From the NCBI GenBank assembly GCA_949841325.1, contig CATKZK010000004.1, positions 1-63,179 on the forward strand: a DNA stretch of 63,179 bases, read 5' to 3'. Made by a program: the position numbers and the translations under genes. Below are positions 28,949-39,871 of the stretch, piece by piece (position 1 is the stretch's first letter; every line of letters begins with the position of its first letter). The stretch is from an uncultured Bacilli bacterium (lineage in GTDB: Bacteria; Bacillota_I; Bacilli_A; RF39; UBA660). The notes under the pieces were generated by a model. The model had not been told where the DNA came from. It saw only the letters and a program-made list of their open reading frames with translations, and searched no databases.

Positions 28949-30850
28949 TTAATGTGCGTCTTTTTGTTTCGGATATTTATATCTTAAATATTGTATTTCA
29001 TAATCCGCTAAACTATCTCTTTTCTTGTTGATCATCTCGGTTGCTTTATCTATTGTTTCTTCCATTCTATTTATATCCTCTTGTGAGTAGTTATTTTTGA
29101 AAATAAACTCTCTTATACATTGATGGGCTATAACATCGGCATATCTTCTAAGTGGAGATGTAAAATGGGAGTAATAGGGAAGTTCTAAATTGTAATGTCC
29201 TGCATTTTTTCTTGAGTAATAAGCTTTTGGATAAGTGCTTTTGTATAAATCGATTACATCTATCATCGTTTGGTTGGATTGATTACTACGAAGTCTTTCT
29301 TGTAGATTTGTAAGCTTTTTTTGCTCTTCTTCATTTAATTTATGACAGCGGTAGATAAATGGCAATTCTCTTTCAGACATTAATTTAGCCATTTGATAAT
29401 TATGATAAATCATCGCATTTGCCACTATTTTTTCTGATAATGTTATCTCTTCTGGTTGCAAAGGACCATCCTTTTCTTCATGAATTTCTTTTAAGATAGG
29501 ATCAATATTAGCTAAGTGAATAAGAGAAGTTTCAAGAACTTCATCTTCACATCCTCTTTCTAGAAAATAGTCAAAGTCATCATAGGTTAAATTCTTTGTG
29601 ATTTTGCATTTCTCTGGCTTTACAGTGAAATTAATGAGTTTCCCCGACTTTGCATCTATATCATAATATGTACTAATTGTATGTGTTACTTGTCCCTCTT
29701 TTAAATGCATAATATTACTTGATAGACATGGAGGGAACATTGGAATTGTATCTGTATCCATATAAAGAGAAACTGTTCTTTTAAAAGCTTCATCCATTAA
29801 TATAGAATCAATAGGGATATAATCAAGAGGAGATGCGATATGAATACCAAAGTGATAAATTCCATCTTTATATTCAATAGATAATGCATCGTCTATTTCA
29901 TGAGCATCAATACCATCAAAAGAATAGATGGCTCTTTTTGTACTGGCATTTCCAATATCAGTCGTCTTATTTAAAATCATGGCAGCTTCAAGTAGATGAG
30001 CTTCCTTAAATTTTTGATGTACTTCATACTTGTAACTCAAATAATCTAAACTTTTTTCTTGTTTGTTTTCTAATATAATATTCATTGCGTTATTAATAAA
30101 GAAAGATAGTTTTTCTTTATGACGATTATAAGAATATTGTTTTTGTTCATAAAAGTCTTTTAGTTTTTCTAAGAAAAGACTTCTTTGGTGTGGATTTATT
30201 TTTATTTTTGATTTAGAAAATATGGTCTCTAAAACCTTATCAAAATAGATTAGATCATCTAATGGTCCTAAATTTTCTTCACTAAGATAAGTATCAAGTG
30301 CGAGTAAATAATGTTCAATAATCTTTTCTACTAAAGGTTTGCCTAATTCATCTTGAGAATTTATGATATAGGGAAATTGTTTACAGGCATTTCTTACAAA
30401 GTGAATATTTTTCGCTTTAAAGATGAGATGATGGATAAACTCTTCTTGGGTAATATCATAATCTAAGATATTTTCATAGGAAAAGGAAAGCATAAAATTT
30501 TCCATCTTATGGATTAACTTTTGTAAAAACTGAAATCTTTTCTGTGCTATTTCAGAATTGTTTTTCTCTTGTCTTTTTAATAAATTATGAATAGCACTAT
30601 GGATTTCTATTAAGCTTTGAGTATATAGAGATTGAAAATCCCTTATTTCGTTACTTAGCCTATACAATATATCAAATAAGTCAAATAGATAAGATTGATC
30701 GATATCTTTTTCATAATCAAATTCATAAATGTCTACTTTTAATATCTTTATTAAAGAGCTAGCCGTTTTGTTTTTATTTGTCTTAGAAAGCATTTCAATA
30801 TCATGCATTAAATAATATTTTATTGTCTCAGTATAATCCATAAAACCCAC
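28949..30850 (-). CDS. RNB-domain (RNase II/R family) ribonuclease with an atypical N-terminal region
   Basis: DGIDAHEIDDALS, HIA, SHFTSPLRRYAD motifs; about 300-aa helical N-terminus; no C-terminal S1 domain evident. Confidence 0.8.
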   Translation of the reverse strand: MGFMDYTETIKYYLMHDIEMLSKTNKNKTASSLIKILKVDIYEFDYEKDIDQSYLFDLFDILYRLSNEIRDFQSLYTQSLIEIHSAIHNLLKRQEKNNSEIAQKRFQFLQKLIHKMENFMLSFSYENILDYDITQEEFIHHLIFKAKNIHFVRNACKQFPYIINSQDELGKPLVEKIIEHYLLALDTYLSEENLGPLDDLIYFDKVLETIFSKSKIKINPHQRSLFLEKLKDFYEQKQYSYNRHKEKLSFFINNAMNIILENKQEKSLDYLSYKYEVHQKFKEAHLLEAAMILNKTTDIGNASTKRAIYSFDGIDAHEIDDALSIEYKDGIYHFGIHIASPLDYIPIDSILMDEAFKRTVSLYMDTDTIPMFPPCLSSNIMHLKEGQVTHTISTYYDIDAKSGKLINFTVKPEKCKITKNLTYDDFDYFLERGCEDEVLETSLIHLANIDPILKEIHEEKDGPLQPEEITLSEKIVANAMIYHNYQMAKLMSERELPFIYRCHKLNEEEQKKLTNLQERLRSNQSNQTMIDVIDLYKSTYPKAYYSRKNAGHYNLELPYYSHFTSPLRRYADVIAHQCIREFIFKNNYSQEDINRMEETIDKATEMINKKRDSLADYEIQYLRYKYPKQKDAH

Positions 30851-30965
30851 CTTTACTATATCCTTATTATATAATAAGTTCTCATTAAAAATCTAGTATT
30901 TCAAGGAATAAAATTTGACAATATGAAAGGATGGTCTTATAATTCAAGGTGGAAAGGTGCATTTT

Positions 30966-31898
30966 ATGAAGACGTGTGTAGTTATTTATAATCCAAATAG
31001 TGGACATACTTTAAAAAAGAATAAAATTCACATATATAAAGAATTGATTGAAAAGTATGGATACAGTGTAACTTTTATTGGAACAGAGTATAAAGGACAT
31101 GCTAAAGAAATTGTCAGTCATATTGGATATGTTGATTTGGTCATTTCGATGGGTGGAGATGGAACCTTTAATGAAATCGTCTTTGGTAATTTGCAACGAA
31201 AAACGCGTCTTATACTAGCACATATTCCAGTGGGGACAACGAATGATGTTGGCGTCATGTTTGGATATGGAAAATCAATTGAAAAAAATATTCAACTCTG
31301 TTTATCGGGGGAAGTAAAGGGGATGGATATTTGTCTTATTAATAAACGTCCTTTTGTCTATGTGGCAGGGTTTGGAAAGTTTATGACGATTCCATATGAT
31401 ACTCCTAGAAATTTAAAAAAGAAATATGGACATTTAGCTTATCTGTTAGGAGGGGCAAAGGATTTTTTAAGTCGTACAAAGAATTATGATGTGACTTATG
31501 AAGTAAATGGGGAAAAGATTTCAGGATTGTATTCTTTTATGCTCATTAGCTCAGCTAATCGTATTGCTGGATTTAATAATTTTTATAAAGATATTAAATT
31601 AGACGATGATACTTTTGAAGTTTTAATGTGTACTTATACAAGAAAAATAGATATTATTAAAGCTTTAGGAAAACTCATTACAAGTGATGCAGCTCATGTC
31701 GATGGTCTTGAATTTTATCGCACTTCCCATTTGAAAATCACTTTTAAAACACATCCAAAGAATGCATGGTGTGTAGATGGGGAAAAATTAGAAATAAGAA
31801 CAAAAACTTATGAGATAAAGAATGAAAGAAATGTTCAAATTTTGCTGCCTAAGAAAAATATTTCAAAACTATTTGTTCATCAAGATAAAGAGTCTTAA
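30966..31898 (+). CDS. Diacylglycerol/lipid kinase family protein
   Basis: YNPNSG, GGDGTFNE, PVGTTND, VDGE. Confidence 0.88.
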   Translation: MKTCVVIYNPNSGHTLKKNKIHIYKELIEKYGYSVTFIGTEYKGHAKEIVSHIGYVDLVISMGGDGTFNEIVFGNLQRKTRLILAHIPVGTTNDVGVMFGYGKSIEKNIQLCLSGEVKGMDICLINKRPFVYVAGFGKFMTIPYDTPRNLKKKYGHLAYLLGGAKDFLSRTKNYDVTYEVNGEKISGLYSFMLISSANRIAGFNNFYKDIKLDDDTFEVLMCTYTRKIDIIKALGKLITSDAAHVDGLEFYRTSHLKITFKTHPKNAWCVDGEKLEIRTKTYEIKNERNVQILLPKKNISKLFVHQDKES

Positions 31899-31913
31899 AA
31901 AAAGAAGAAAAAC

Positions 31914-34532
31914 TTATTTTTGTTTTTTCTTCTTTTCTTTTCTATGTATCTTTAATTTATTTCCATATTTTGGAAGAGTGAAGATTAGAATAAGTGTCGT
32001 ACCACTGATGATAAGTCCTACTCCTGCATAAGGAGTTTTATATTTTAAAGTAATTTTATGTGTTCCTTTTTCACAAGGAAATGTAAGTAGTGCGTCTCCA
32101 AGTTTTTCTGTTTTGACTTCTTTTCCATCGACATATACATGCCATCCTGTATCATATGGAATAGAGGTATATACCATCATATTTTCTTCTAAGGTAATGT
32201 TTCCTTTTATTAAAGATTCTTTAAAAGAAGTCATATCAAATTTATATTTATTTAAAGTATCTCTTGCTTCTAAGAATGCCGCTTGATTTATCGAGTATAC
32301 ATTAAATGCTGCTGAATAGTAGGTATTAAATCCTACATAGATTTCGATTTCTTCTTCTCCTGATGCAATATTAATCACTTTTGCTTCGCCATAATCTTCT
32401 ACATAGTCATAATAGATATCTGGATTTTCTTCCATCACTGTCGTATAGTTGTCATTTTTATAGTATAAAGAAGAACCAATGACAACAAAATCTAAATTGA
32501 CATCATCACTATAAAAATAAAGATTATCACCAGGGTTTTTATATGAATATTTTAAGACAACCATGGTATCATTAGAATAAATTTCTTCTGTTCTTAAAAG
32601 CATAGATGGTTCTAATACATTTTGTATGCCAGTTGCAAGTTCCATATATTCATTTTGTATATGGAATGGGTTTGCTTCTGTATAATGCCAATTTCGCAAG
32701 TCTTCCTTTACTCCATAAATAAGTCCCACATTTTCATCAAAGCGATTCGCAGTTTCTTCAACAGTTGCGATCTCATGATAACGTGTTGTATCATTCGTTA
32801 TACCTATAAAATATTTGATATCAAACATCAAGTCATATATTGGTGTTGATTGAACGTAATAATAGCTGTTAATTTCATTTCCTGGCATACCCAAATTGTG
32901 TTGTAAAATGGCCATGCTTTCATAAGCCATAGAGGAAAAAGTAGTCATTCCATAATAGTTATACCAAGAGGGGTCATTAAGTGTAAGCATAGACGTATTT
33001 TCAATACGATAGAATAATTCTTCATCTTGTTCTTTTACTTTGTCTAATAGTTCTTCTGTCACTTGGTAATCTTCATAGAATATGGCCATGACTTGTGTGA
33101 TATCCCAGTTATATATTGTACTTACAATGACATCAACCGCAGCAACAAATATGAATGCTAAATAGACAAGCGTATGATATTTTTGTAAGAAATGATAACA
33201 AGCATAGAAGAGGAAATAAAGACTCAAAAGAATCATATTGATTATAATCATATTTTGAGTCATTCCTTCCCAATTTTCTTGCAAGGCGAGTACGAGTAAC
33301 GAGAGAAGAAATAAATAGCTAATTGTAATGAGAGGAAACTTTAATTTTTTTATGTTAAAGAGTCCATAAGTTGCAATTGTTAAAAGAACAAAGCTATAAA
33401 GAAATGAATAGCGGTATGGCAAATCATTTGGTACATGAAAAGCATGAAGAATATAGTCCAGTTGAGGAACAAAGAACGCTAAAATAAAGAACCCTAAGAT
33501 AAAAAGATAAGCCACTTTATTTTTTAAAGGGATATCGATATTTAGTAAATATAGGAATAAAAGGGCAACAGCTAAAATACCACATGATATGTTTGGATTC
33601 GTTATGGCATCACTTGCAAATACTGTTGTATCTACGCCTGTTAAGTGTCCAAGAATATAATCGATCCATTGAAAATCATAGTACTGACTTGTAGGAATTG
33701 TTCCACCCGTTGCAGAAATGGAAGTCATAGAAGATGCCATTGGCAGTAAGAAAACAGCAACCATTGCTCCAGCAGTAATAGAACTAATACCAAAATATAG
33801 ACATCTTTTTCCTAATAATTTGAAACGACTAATCCACTCTTCTTTTTTTACCTTTTTAATCTTTAAAGGTGTTTTATAAAGTGTATAAAAGAGAAAATAG
33901 ATAACTGAAAAGATACAAACCATGTAGCCAATGAAGTAATTTGCAAATAACAATAGAGCTAAGCTAAAAGTATATAGTTTCCATTTTTGTTTATTGACAA
34001 TATTTTCTATTCCTAATGTTATGAGAGGAAGAAAAACCATCCCATCTAACCACATAATATTCCAATAATAAGCTTGAAAGTATGCTTGAAAAGCATAGAG
34101 AATCGCGATTGGTATTAAGAATAGTTCTTTACTTTCAAACTTTTTAGATAGATAGTAAACCATTGTTACTCCTGAAACGACAGCTTTTAATCCAATAATG
34201 AAGGAGTAGGAAGTTAAAAGATTTTTTCTTGAAAAGAATAACATGATTATATTAAAGGGACTGGATAAATAGTTTAAAAAATTTCTAAAGAAGGGGAGTC
34301 CCATGGCCATGTTAAAAGAGTAGGTAAATCCACTAAAGTTTTGAATTCGATCATAAAATTCTCCAAGCATTGGTCCATACTGGTGAAAAAAGTCGACACA
34401 TAAAAGTGATTGAGGACCAAAAGGAGTAACATGATTTAATCGATAAATAATACTAATAATGATAATTCCTATAATAAAGGTAAGACAATAAAGTTTATTC
34501 TCTTGTAATTTATTTCCTATTCTTTTTAACAT
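31914..34532 (-). CDS. YfhO-family membrane protein (GT-C-like)
   Basis: DFFHQY, YWNIMWLDG, PYRYSF and C-terminal SIPYDTGW…ITLKY. Confidence 0.82.
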   Translation of the reverse strand: MLKRIGNKLQENKLYCLTFIIGIIIISIIYRLNHVTPFGPQSLLCVDFFHQYGPMLGEFYDRIQNFSGFTYSFNMAMGLPFFRNFLNYLSSPFNIIMLFFSRKNLLTSYSFIIGLKAVVSGVTMVYYLSKKFESKELFLIPIAILYAFQAYFQAYYWNIMWLDGMVFLPLITLGIENIVNKQKWKLYTFSLALLLFANYFIGYMVCIFSVIYFLFYTLYKTPLKIKKVKKEEWISRFKLLGKRCLYFGISSITAGAMVAVFLLPMASSMTSISATGGTIPTSQYYDFQWIDYILGHLTGVDTTVFASDAITNPNISCGILAVALLFLYLLNIDIPLKNKVAYLFILGFFILAFFVPQLDYILHAFHVPNDLPYRYSFLYSFVLLTIATYGLFNIKKLKFPLITISYLFLLSLLVLALQENWEGMTQNMIIINMILLSLYFLFYACYHFLQKYHTLVYLAFIFVAAVDVIVSTIYNWDITQVMAIFYEDYQVTEELLDKVKEQDEELFYRIENTSMLTLNDPSWYNYYGMTTFSSMAYESMAILQHNLGMPGNEINSYYYVQSTPIYDLMFDIKYFIGITNDTTRYHEIATVEETANRFDENVGLIYGVKEDLRNWHYTEANPFHIQNEYMELATGIQNVLEPSMLLRTEEIYSNDTMVVLKYSYKNPGDNLYFYSDDVNLDFVVIGSSLYYKNDNYTTVMEENPDIYYDYVEDYGEAKVINIASGEEEIEIYVGFNTYYSAAFNVYSINQAAFLEARDTLNKYKFDMTSFKESLIKGNITLEENMMVYTSIPYDTGWHVYVDGKEVKTEKLGDALLTFPCEKGTHKITLKYKTPYAGVGLIISGTTLILIFTLPKYGNKLKIHRKEKKKKQK

Positions 34533-34655
34533 AACATCACCTTTCTTTTATTATACAGGAAAATAGAAAAAAATAGAAGAACACAGTTAAAATATCTATC
34601 GTGTAAAATAAATGTATAAATGAATAGAAATTTCTCTTGACAAAGCACTTAGGGC

Positions 34656-34685
34656 TTGCTAAAAAAAAAAAAAAAATGGTACGAT
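34656..34685 (+). promoter_or_regulatory. Promoter with an A16 spacer tract (TTGCTA-N18-TACGAT, extended TG)
   Basis: A16 at 34661-34676 between -35-like and TGn -10-like hexamers, upstream of RBS GGAGGAG. Confidence 0.55.
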
Positions 34686-34706
34686 TAATAGTGGAGGAGA
34701 CTGCCT

Positions 34707-36035
34707 ATGAAGAAATGGTCTATATTATTTATCATATTATTTTTCATGGTTATTGGATTTGCCGCCGTTAATACAGTACTAGATTATGAAGGTCTTGTCG
34801 AAATTGCAAAAAAAGTAGAAGATTTTAAAATAGTCATTACAGATTTAGTTGTTGATGATATTGATGTATTAGGGAATATAGATATAAATGAAAAAGAATT
34901 TTCATTTGAAGGAAAAAATATTGAATATACTATTTCAAATGATAGTACTTTATATGATGCAGAAGTGTATTTGAAATGTATCATTTTAGAAGAAGAATTG
35001 CTTTATCATGTTGGGGTCATTCCAGCACAAGAAATGTTGACTAAAAGTTTTTCTTTAACTGAAAAACAAGTGGGGAATTGTATGATAGAAACAACAGGAA
35101 TTGATAGAACTTCTGTTGTTTTAGATTCCTGTGAATTTAATATTGGTGACTCATTTGAATTTGCATATACGGGAAATGAACAAAAAATATTTGTCCCATG
35201 TAATGGCGAATATAAATTAGAAACATGGGGTGCTGAAGGAGGAAGTAGTTTAAAGTCGTCAAACTATTCAGGAGGATATGGAGCTTATGCAGTTGGTGAA
35301 ATTGCGCTTATTAGAAATAGACCTCTCTTTATATATGTTGGCGGTGAAGGGAAAAAAGTCATTGTTCCAAATTCAACTGTTGAAGGAGGCTATAATGGAG
35401 GAGGTTTTGGCCAAACGCTTCCTACTTCGGGGCCTGGAGCATCTGCATCAGATACTTCTGCAGGAAGTGGAGGTGGTGCTACACATATTGCAAGCTATCC
35501 AGGATTACTTTCATCTCTTTCAGAAAAAGTTGAAAATGTATTTATTGTATCAGGTGGAGGTGGAGGCGGATCTTATGTCAATTCAGGTTCTGGCGGTGGC
35601 AATTACGGAGGAGGAGGCCATGCTGGTGGAATAAAGGGTGGGAATACTAGAAATTATGGTGAGCATACTATCTTATATAATCGATATGGAATTGGCGGAG
35701 ATCAAACAGGAGAAGCAGGAACAGGTTCTTCTTATGTGATTTTTGGTAAAGCGGGAATAGGAGCTTTTAAAGAGTCTGGAGGAGGAGGTGGTGGATATTA
35801 TGGTGGACTTGCTGGAGGATTATGCGGAGGCGGTGGTGGTTCTTCTTATATTGGAAATCCTTTACTAACTAATAAAGTAATGTATTGCTATCAATGTATT
35901 ACTTCAAAAGAAGAAAGTACAAAAACAATATCCACTAATAATGTTTCGGCAAAGCCAATTGCAAACTCTGCAAAGTCTGGTGCTGGTTATGCAAAAATTA
36001 CACTTATTCGCCTAATAAATCAGAAGGAAAATTGA
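34707..36035 (+). CDS. Exported/surface protein with a glycine-rich C-terminal domain
   Basis: N-terminal TM; YKLETWGAEGG, GGGGATHIA, GGGGGGS repeats; terminal GAGYAKIT. Confidence 0.75.
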   Translation: MKKWSILFIILFFMVIGFAAVNTVLDYEGLVEIAKKVEDFKIVITDLVVDDIDVLGNIDINEKEFSFEGKNIEYTISNDSTLYDAEVYLKCIILEEELLYHVGVIPAQEMLTKSFSLTEKQVGNCMIETTGIDRTSVVLDSCEFNIGDSFEFAYTGNEQKIFVPCNGEYKLETWGAEGGSSLKSSNYSGGYGAYAVGEIALIRNRPLFIYVGGEGKKVIVPNSTVEGGYNGGGFGQTLPTSGPGASASDTSAGSGGGATHIASYPGLLSSLSEKVENVFIVSGGGGGGSYVNSGSGGGNYGGGGHAGGIKGGNTRNYGEHTILYNRYGIGGDQTGEAGTGSSYVIFGKAGIGAFKESGGGGGGYYGGLAGGLCGGGGGSSYIGNPLLTNKVMYCYQCITSKEESTKTISTNNVSAKPIANSAKSGAGYAKITLIRLINQKEN

Positions 36036-36142
36036 ATATTTCCTTTTTCTTTTGTTTAAAAGAAGAGAAAACGCCCTTTTTACTTGCAAAAGTGATGGAA
36101 AAGTAGTATCATTTAGACGTTGCTATAAAGGGAGTGGAGTTT

Positions 36143-37951
36143 ATGGATAAAATTATAAATATTGCGGTAGTTGCTCACGTTGATGCTGGAAAGTCAACTT
36201 TAGTAGACGCATTATTACAACAAAATGGTGTTTTTGGTAGTCATGAACAATTAGTAGAACAAGTAATGGATTCAGATGACATAGAAAGAGAAAGAGGAAT
36301 TACGATTTACTCAAAAAACTGTGCCATTCGTTATAAAGATTATAAAATTAATATTGTTGATACACCAGGTCATGCTGATTTTTCAAGTGAAGTAGAACGT
36401 GTCATTAAAACGGTTGATACTGTTATTTTACTTGTTGATTCGGCAGAAGGTGTTATGCCTCAAACAAGGTTCGTATTAAAGAAAGCTTTAGAACAAAAGC
36501 TTCGTCCAATTTTATTTATTAATAAACTGGATAAAAAAGATGCTCGTATTGAGGAAGTTGTTAATATGACGTTTGATTTGTTTGTTGATTTGAATGCAAC
36601 AGATGAACAACTTGATTTTCCAATTGTCTATGGTATAGCAAAAGAGGGAATCGCGACACTCGATCCAAATGATATCAGTCAAAAAAGTATTGCTCCATTG
36701 CTTGAAACAATCTTAAAACAAGTAAGTCCTTATGAAGGAAATGAAAATGACGATTTGCAATTACAAATCTCTTCACTTGCCTATGATGGTTATATCGGTC
36801 GTTTAGGAATCGGACGTATTAAATCAGGAAAAATAAAGAATAATGAACTTGTGACACTTGTTAAAAATAATGGTGAAGAAACTAGCTTTAAAGTTACGAA
36901 GCTATTTGTTAATGAAGGATTAGATAAAGTAGAAAAGACAGAGGCTTACTATGGTGATATTGTAACGATTGCTGGATGTAATCATTTGACCATTGGAGAT
37001 ACTGTTTGTACTCATGGAAAACCAAATCCACTTCCACCTATTGAAATTGAAAAGCCAACTCTTTCAATGAATTTCTTAGTTAATAATTCTCCATTTGCAG
37101 GAAAGAGTGGAAAGTTTTTAACAAGCCGTCATATAAAAGAAAGACTTGATAAAGAATTAGAGACTAATGTAGGATTAGAAGTTGAAGAACTTCCAGCAAG
37201 TGATGGCTTTAAAGTATCAGGACGTGGGGAGTTACATTTATCTATCTTGCTTGAAAATATGCGTCGTGAGGGATATGAGTTATCTGTGTCAAAACCTCAA
37301 GTATTAATTCAAGAAATTGATGGCCAAAAATGTGAACCTTTTGAAACGGTTATTGTCAATACACCAAGTGATTTTGCATCGACTATTATCAGTGATTTAC
37401 AAGAGAGAAAAGGTCAACTTATGAGTATGACAACAAGTGAAGATAATTATACACACTTGGAGTTTTCTGCACCAACTCGTGGATTAATTGGATACCGTTC
37501 TGCTTTTATTACAAATACTAAAGGAGAAGGTATTATGGTTCGTTCGTTTGATTCTTATAAACCGTATGCGGGAGAATTGACGACGAGAAAAAATGGTGTT
37601 CTTGTTTCAATGGAATCAGGTAAAACTTTAGGATTTTCGCTTTACAATTTACAAGATCGTGGGCAACTTATTGTAGGTCCTGCAACCGATGTTTATGTAG
37701 GAATGGTAATCGGTATTCATAATCGTGATAATGACTTAAATGTCAATCCATGTAAAAATAAACAGCTTACGAATACTCGTGCTTCAGGTTCAGATGATGC
37801 GATTGCTTTAATTAAACCAAGGACCTTCACATTAGAAGAGGCTTTAGAGTTTATCGAGGATGATGAATATGTAGAGATTACACCAGATGATATTCGTATT
37901 CGTAAAGCTATATTAGATCCAAATGAACGTTATCGTATTAATAGAAAGTAG
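36143..37951 (+). CDS. typA: Translational GTPase TypA/BipA
   Basis: AHVDAGKST, RGITI, DTPGHADF, NKLD, GRGELHL, BipA C-terminus. Confidence 0.96.
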   Translation: MDKIINIAVVAHVDAGKSTLVDALLQQNGVFGSHEQLVEQVMDSDDIERERGITIYSKNCAIRYKDYKINIVDTPGHADFSSEVERVIKTVDTVILLVDSAEGVMPQTRFVLKKALEQKLRPILFINKLDKKDARIEEVVNMTFDLFVDLNATDEQLDFPIVYGIAKEGIATLDPNDISQKSIAPLLETILKQVSPYEGNENDDLQLQISSLAYDGYIGRLGIGRIKSGKIKNNELVTLVKNNGEETSFKVTKLFVNEGLDKVEKTEAYYGDIVTIAGCNHLTIGDTVCTHGKPNPLPPIEIEKPTLSMNFLVNNSPFAGKSGKFLTSRHIKERLDKELETNVGLEVEELPASDGFKVSGRGELHLSILLENMRREGYELSVSKPQVLIQEIDGQKCEPFETVIVNTPSDFASTIISDLQERKGQLMSMTTSEDNYTHLEFSAPTRGLIGYRSAFITNTKGEGIMVRSFDSYKPYAGELTTRKNGVLVSMESGKTLGFSLYNLQDRGQLIVGPATDVYVGMVIGIHNRDNDLNVNPCKNKQLTNTRASGSDDAIALIKPRTFTLEEALEFIEDDEYVEITPDDIRIRKAILDPNERYRINRK

Positions 37952-37964
37952 CTTGTCTACTTTT

Positions 37965-38318
37965 TTAATTTGTATGTAAATGGTTAATTTTATCGATGAC
38001 ACTTTCTAATTCTTCTTTTATTTTTTTCATTGTCTCTTCATCTTGAGATAAAAAGTCTGTTAGAGGAGGATTGTCCATATAGGGACTTCCTCCATTTTTA
38101 AATTGTTTAGAATTTACATTAAAAGTATTTCCCTGATATTTCTCTTCTACCGCTTGTTGAATTGCTGAATTTGCTTCAAGTATTTGTCCTACGGTCATAA
38201 GCCAGTTACCAATGGCGTTTTGTTGATTCGCTGTGTAATCTCCAATCATTAAATAACCTATGACTAGGGCAGAAAGTGTATAAGCTTTGGGATTTAGATA
38301 AAGCGGTCTATTATTCAT
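37965..38318 (-). CDS. Hypothetical protein
   Basis: 117-aa ORF with QNAIGNWLMTVGQIL segment. Confidence 0.55.
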   Translation of the reverse strand: MNNRPLYLNPKAYTLSALVIGYLMIGDYTANQQNAIGNWLMTVGQILEANSAIQQAVEEKYQGNTFNVNSKQFKNGGSPYMDNPPLTDFLSQDEETMKKIKEELESVIDKINHLHTN

Positions 38319-38364
38319 ATTATATTATATAAAAAAAGAAGGCTTTTATACCTTCTTATTAAGA

Positions 38365-39606
38365 TTAATGATTGATAAATTCATCTTCAATAAAACTTGT
38401 TTTAATTAATCTTTTAAATAAATGTTCCGAACAAATTAAATCGAATTCGCCAATAAATTCATAGATAGTTGGATTGAAATCTATTTTAAATTTGTTTAAT
38501 CCATTATACTTACTTTTTTCATCAAATACACCAGTTACACCATTCATATCACAGAAGTTAAAGTATGGTTTGTATCTTTCAAAAATAGCATAGTAGAGGA
38601 AATGATGTGGATTTAAATAGGCATATTCATTACTATAGCCACTAATTAAGATAGAAACTCGATTATAATGTTTAATAACGAGTGCTCCACCTACAAAAGC
38701 TGTCCGCTGTTTCTTTAATTCATTTGTAGCTTTCACGATTTTTTCTTTATATGCTTGTAATTTTCTATCTGAGTTCATTTTTGAATTCAATGTTTTTTGA
38801 TTTACCTTTGTTTGAATCATTTCATTATAGTGATCATTAATACGCGCTTCTTTATCATGAGCTTCGCGAATAGCTGATAAGTAACGTTCAAAGTCTACTT
38901 GAACAAGGACTAAGTCAATTGAATTGTCACGGCTAAATACATTAAAGTAATTGCGATAATAAGTGATTGGGTGTTTGGTTTTTCCTTTGATAAATTGATA
39001 AAAGATATCGATATCTTTAGGAGAACCTGTAACTAACTTCATTCCATAGTCTAAGCAATGTTTAATTTTCTTTCTGTAATTGCGTTTTAATTTTTTGTAA
39101 TCAAATTGGCGTAAATTCACATAAGCATTAAACTTTGGTTGCATTAGTTCAAACTCAAAAGATTCCAATCTTCTTTTTACATTCATCGATTTTAATTCAT
39201 CAATTACTTTTACATTGTTATTGTAGTCTACAATAAAGTTTCTCGCTTTTGTTGTTTGACCAATGATGATTTCTGGATTAAATTTAATAAAGATAAAATC
39301 TTTTCCTTTATAGTACTCTCTTAGAGCATCAAAAAAACTTTGTACGAGGTCTTTATCATAATAGTTGATTAAAAAGCCTTTTGGAGCGTATCCGTATTTT
39401 GCATGATTTGTGATTTTTCTAATGAGGATAAGAGATGCAGCTTTGATATTTCCAGCATCATCTACATAGCCAATATAATCATAGTTATAGCCATATTCAC
39501 TCATTAAAAGAGCATATTTAGGAGTTTGACAATAGTTGTTTAAAGCATGAAATTTGGCAAACTCATCAAATTGTTGGTTAGTCAATTCTACTATCTTCAT
39601 AGTCAT
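38365..39606 (-). CDS. FemAB/MurM-family peptidoglycan bridge peptidyltransferase
   Basis: FemAB-like pattern: YAPKGFLINY, coiled-coil insert, CDMNG, GLNKFKIDF…EFIGEF. Confidence 0.8.
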   Translation of the reverse strand: MTMKIVELTNQQFDEFAKFHALNNYCQTPKYALLMSEYGYNYDYIGYVDDAGNIKAASLILIRKITNHAKYGYAPKGFLINYYDKDLVQSFFDALREYYKGKDFIFIKFNPEIIIGQTTKARNFIVDYNNNVKVIDELKSMNVKRRLESFEFELMQPKFNAYVNLRQFDYKKLKRNYRKKIKHCLDYGMKLVTGSPKDIDIFYQFIKGKTKHPITYYRNYFNVFSRDNSIDLVLVQVDFERYLSAIREAHDKEARINDHYNEMIQTKVNQKTLNSKMNSDRKLQAYKEKIVKATNELKKQRTAFVGGALVIKHYNRVSILISGYSNEYAYLNPHHFLYYAIFERYKPYFNFCDMNGVTGVFDEKSKYNGLNKFKIDFNPTIYEFIGEFDLICSEHLFKRLIKTSFIEDEFINH

Positions 39607-39871
39607 CCCCTCTTTTCTTTATTGTATCATAGATTTTCTGTTTTTTCACTGAATAAACATCATCTTTTCTGCTCTTTACAAAATCATTGTATTTCTCTTT
39701 CAATTATGTTACGATATGTCAGTTGGAGGAAGTCGAAGAAGCAATCGCCCAAGATTATGAAATAATTGGATATCCTCTTATTAAATGTTTTTCAGGTGAA
39801 GAAAAAGAGATTGAAGGCGATGTAAAAGCAAATACATTGATGCTTACAACTTTTAGATAGGAGAAGAGAAC

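Noticed and set aside
39547-39860. ORF 39547-39765 and a nearby gene-like fragment (MSVGEVEEAIAQDY…)
   Set aside because: No RBS or consistent frame; at most a small decayed fragment that I cannot assign.
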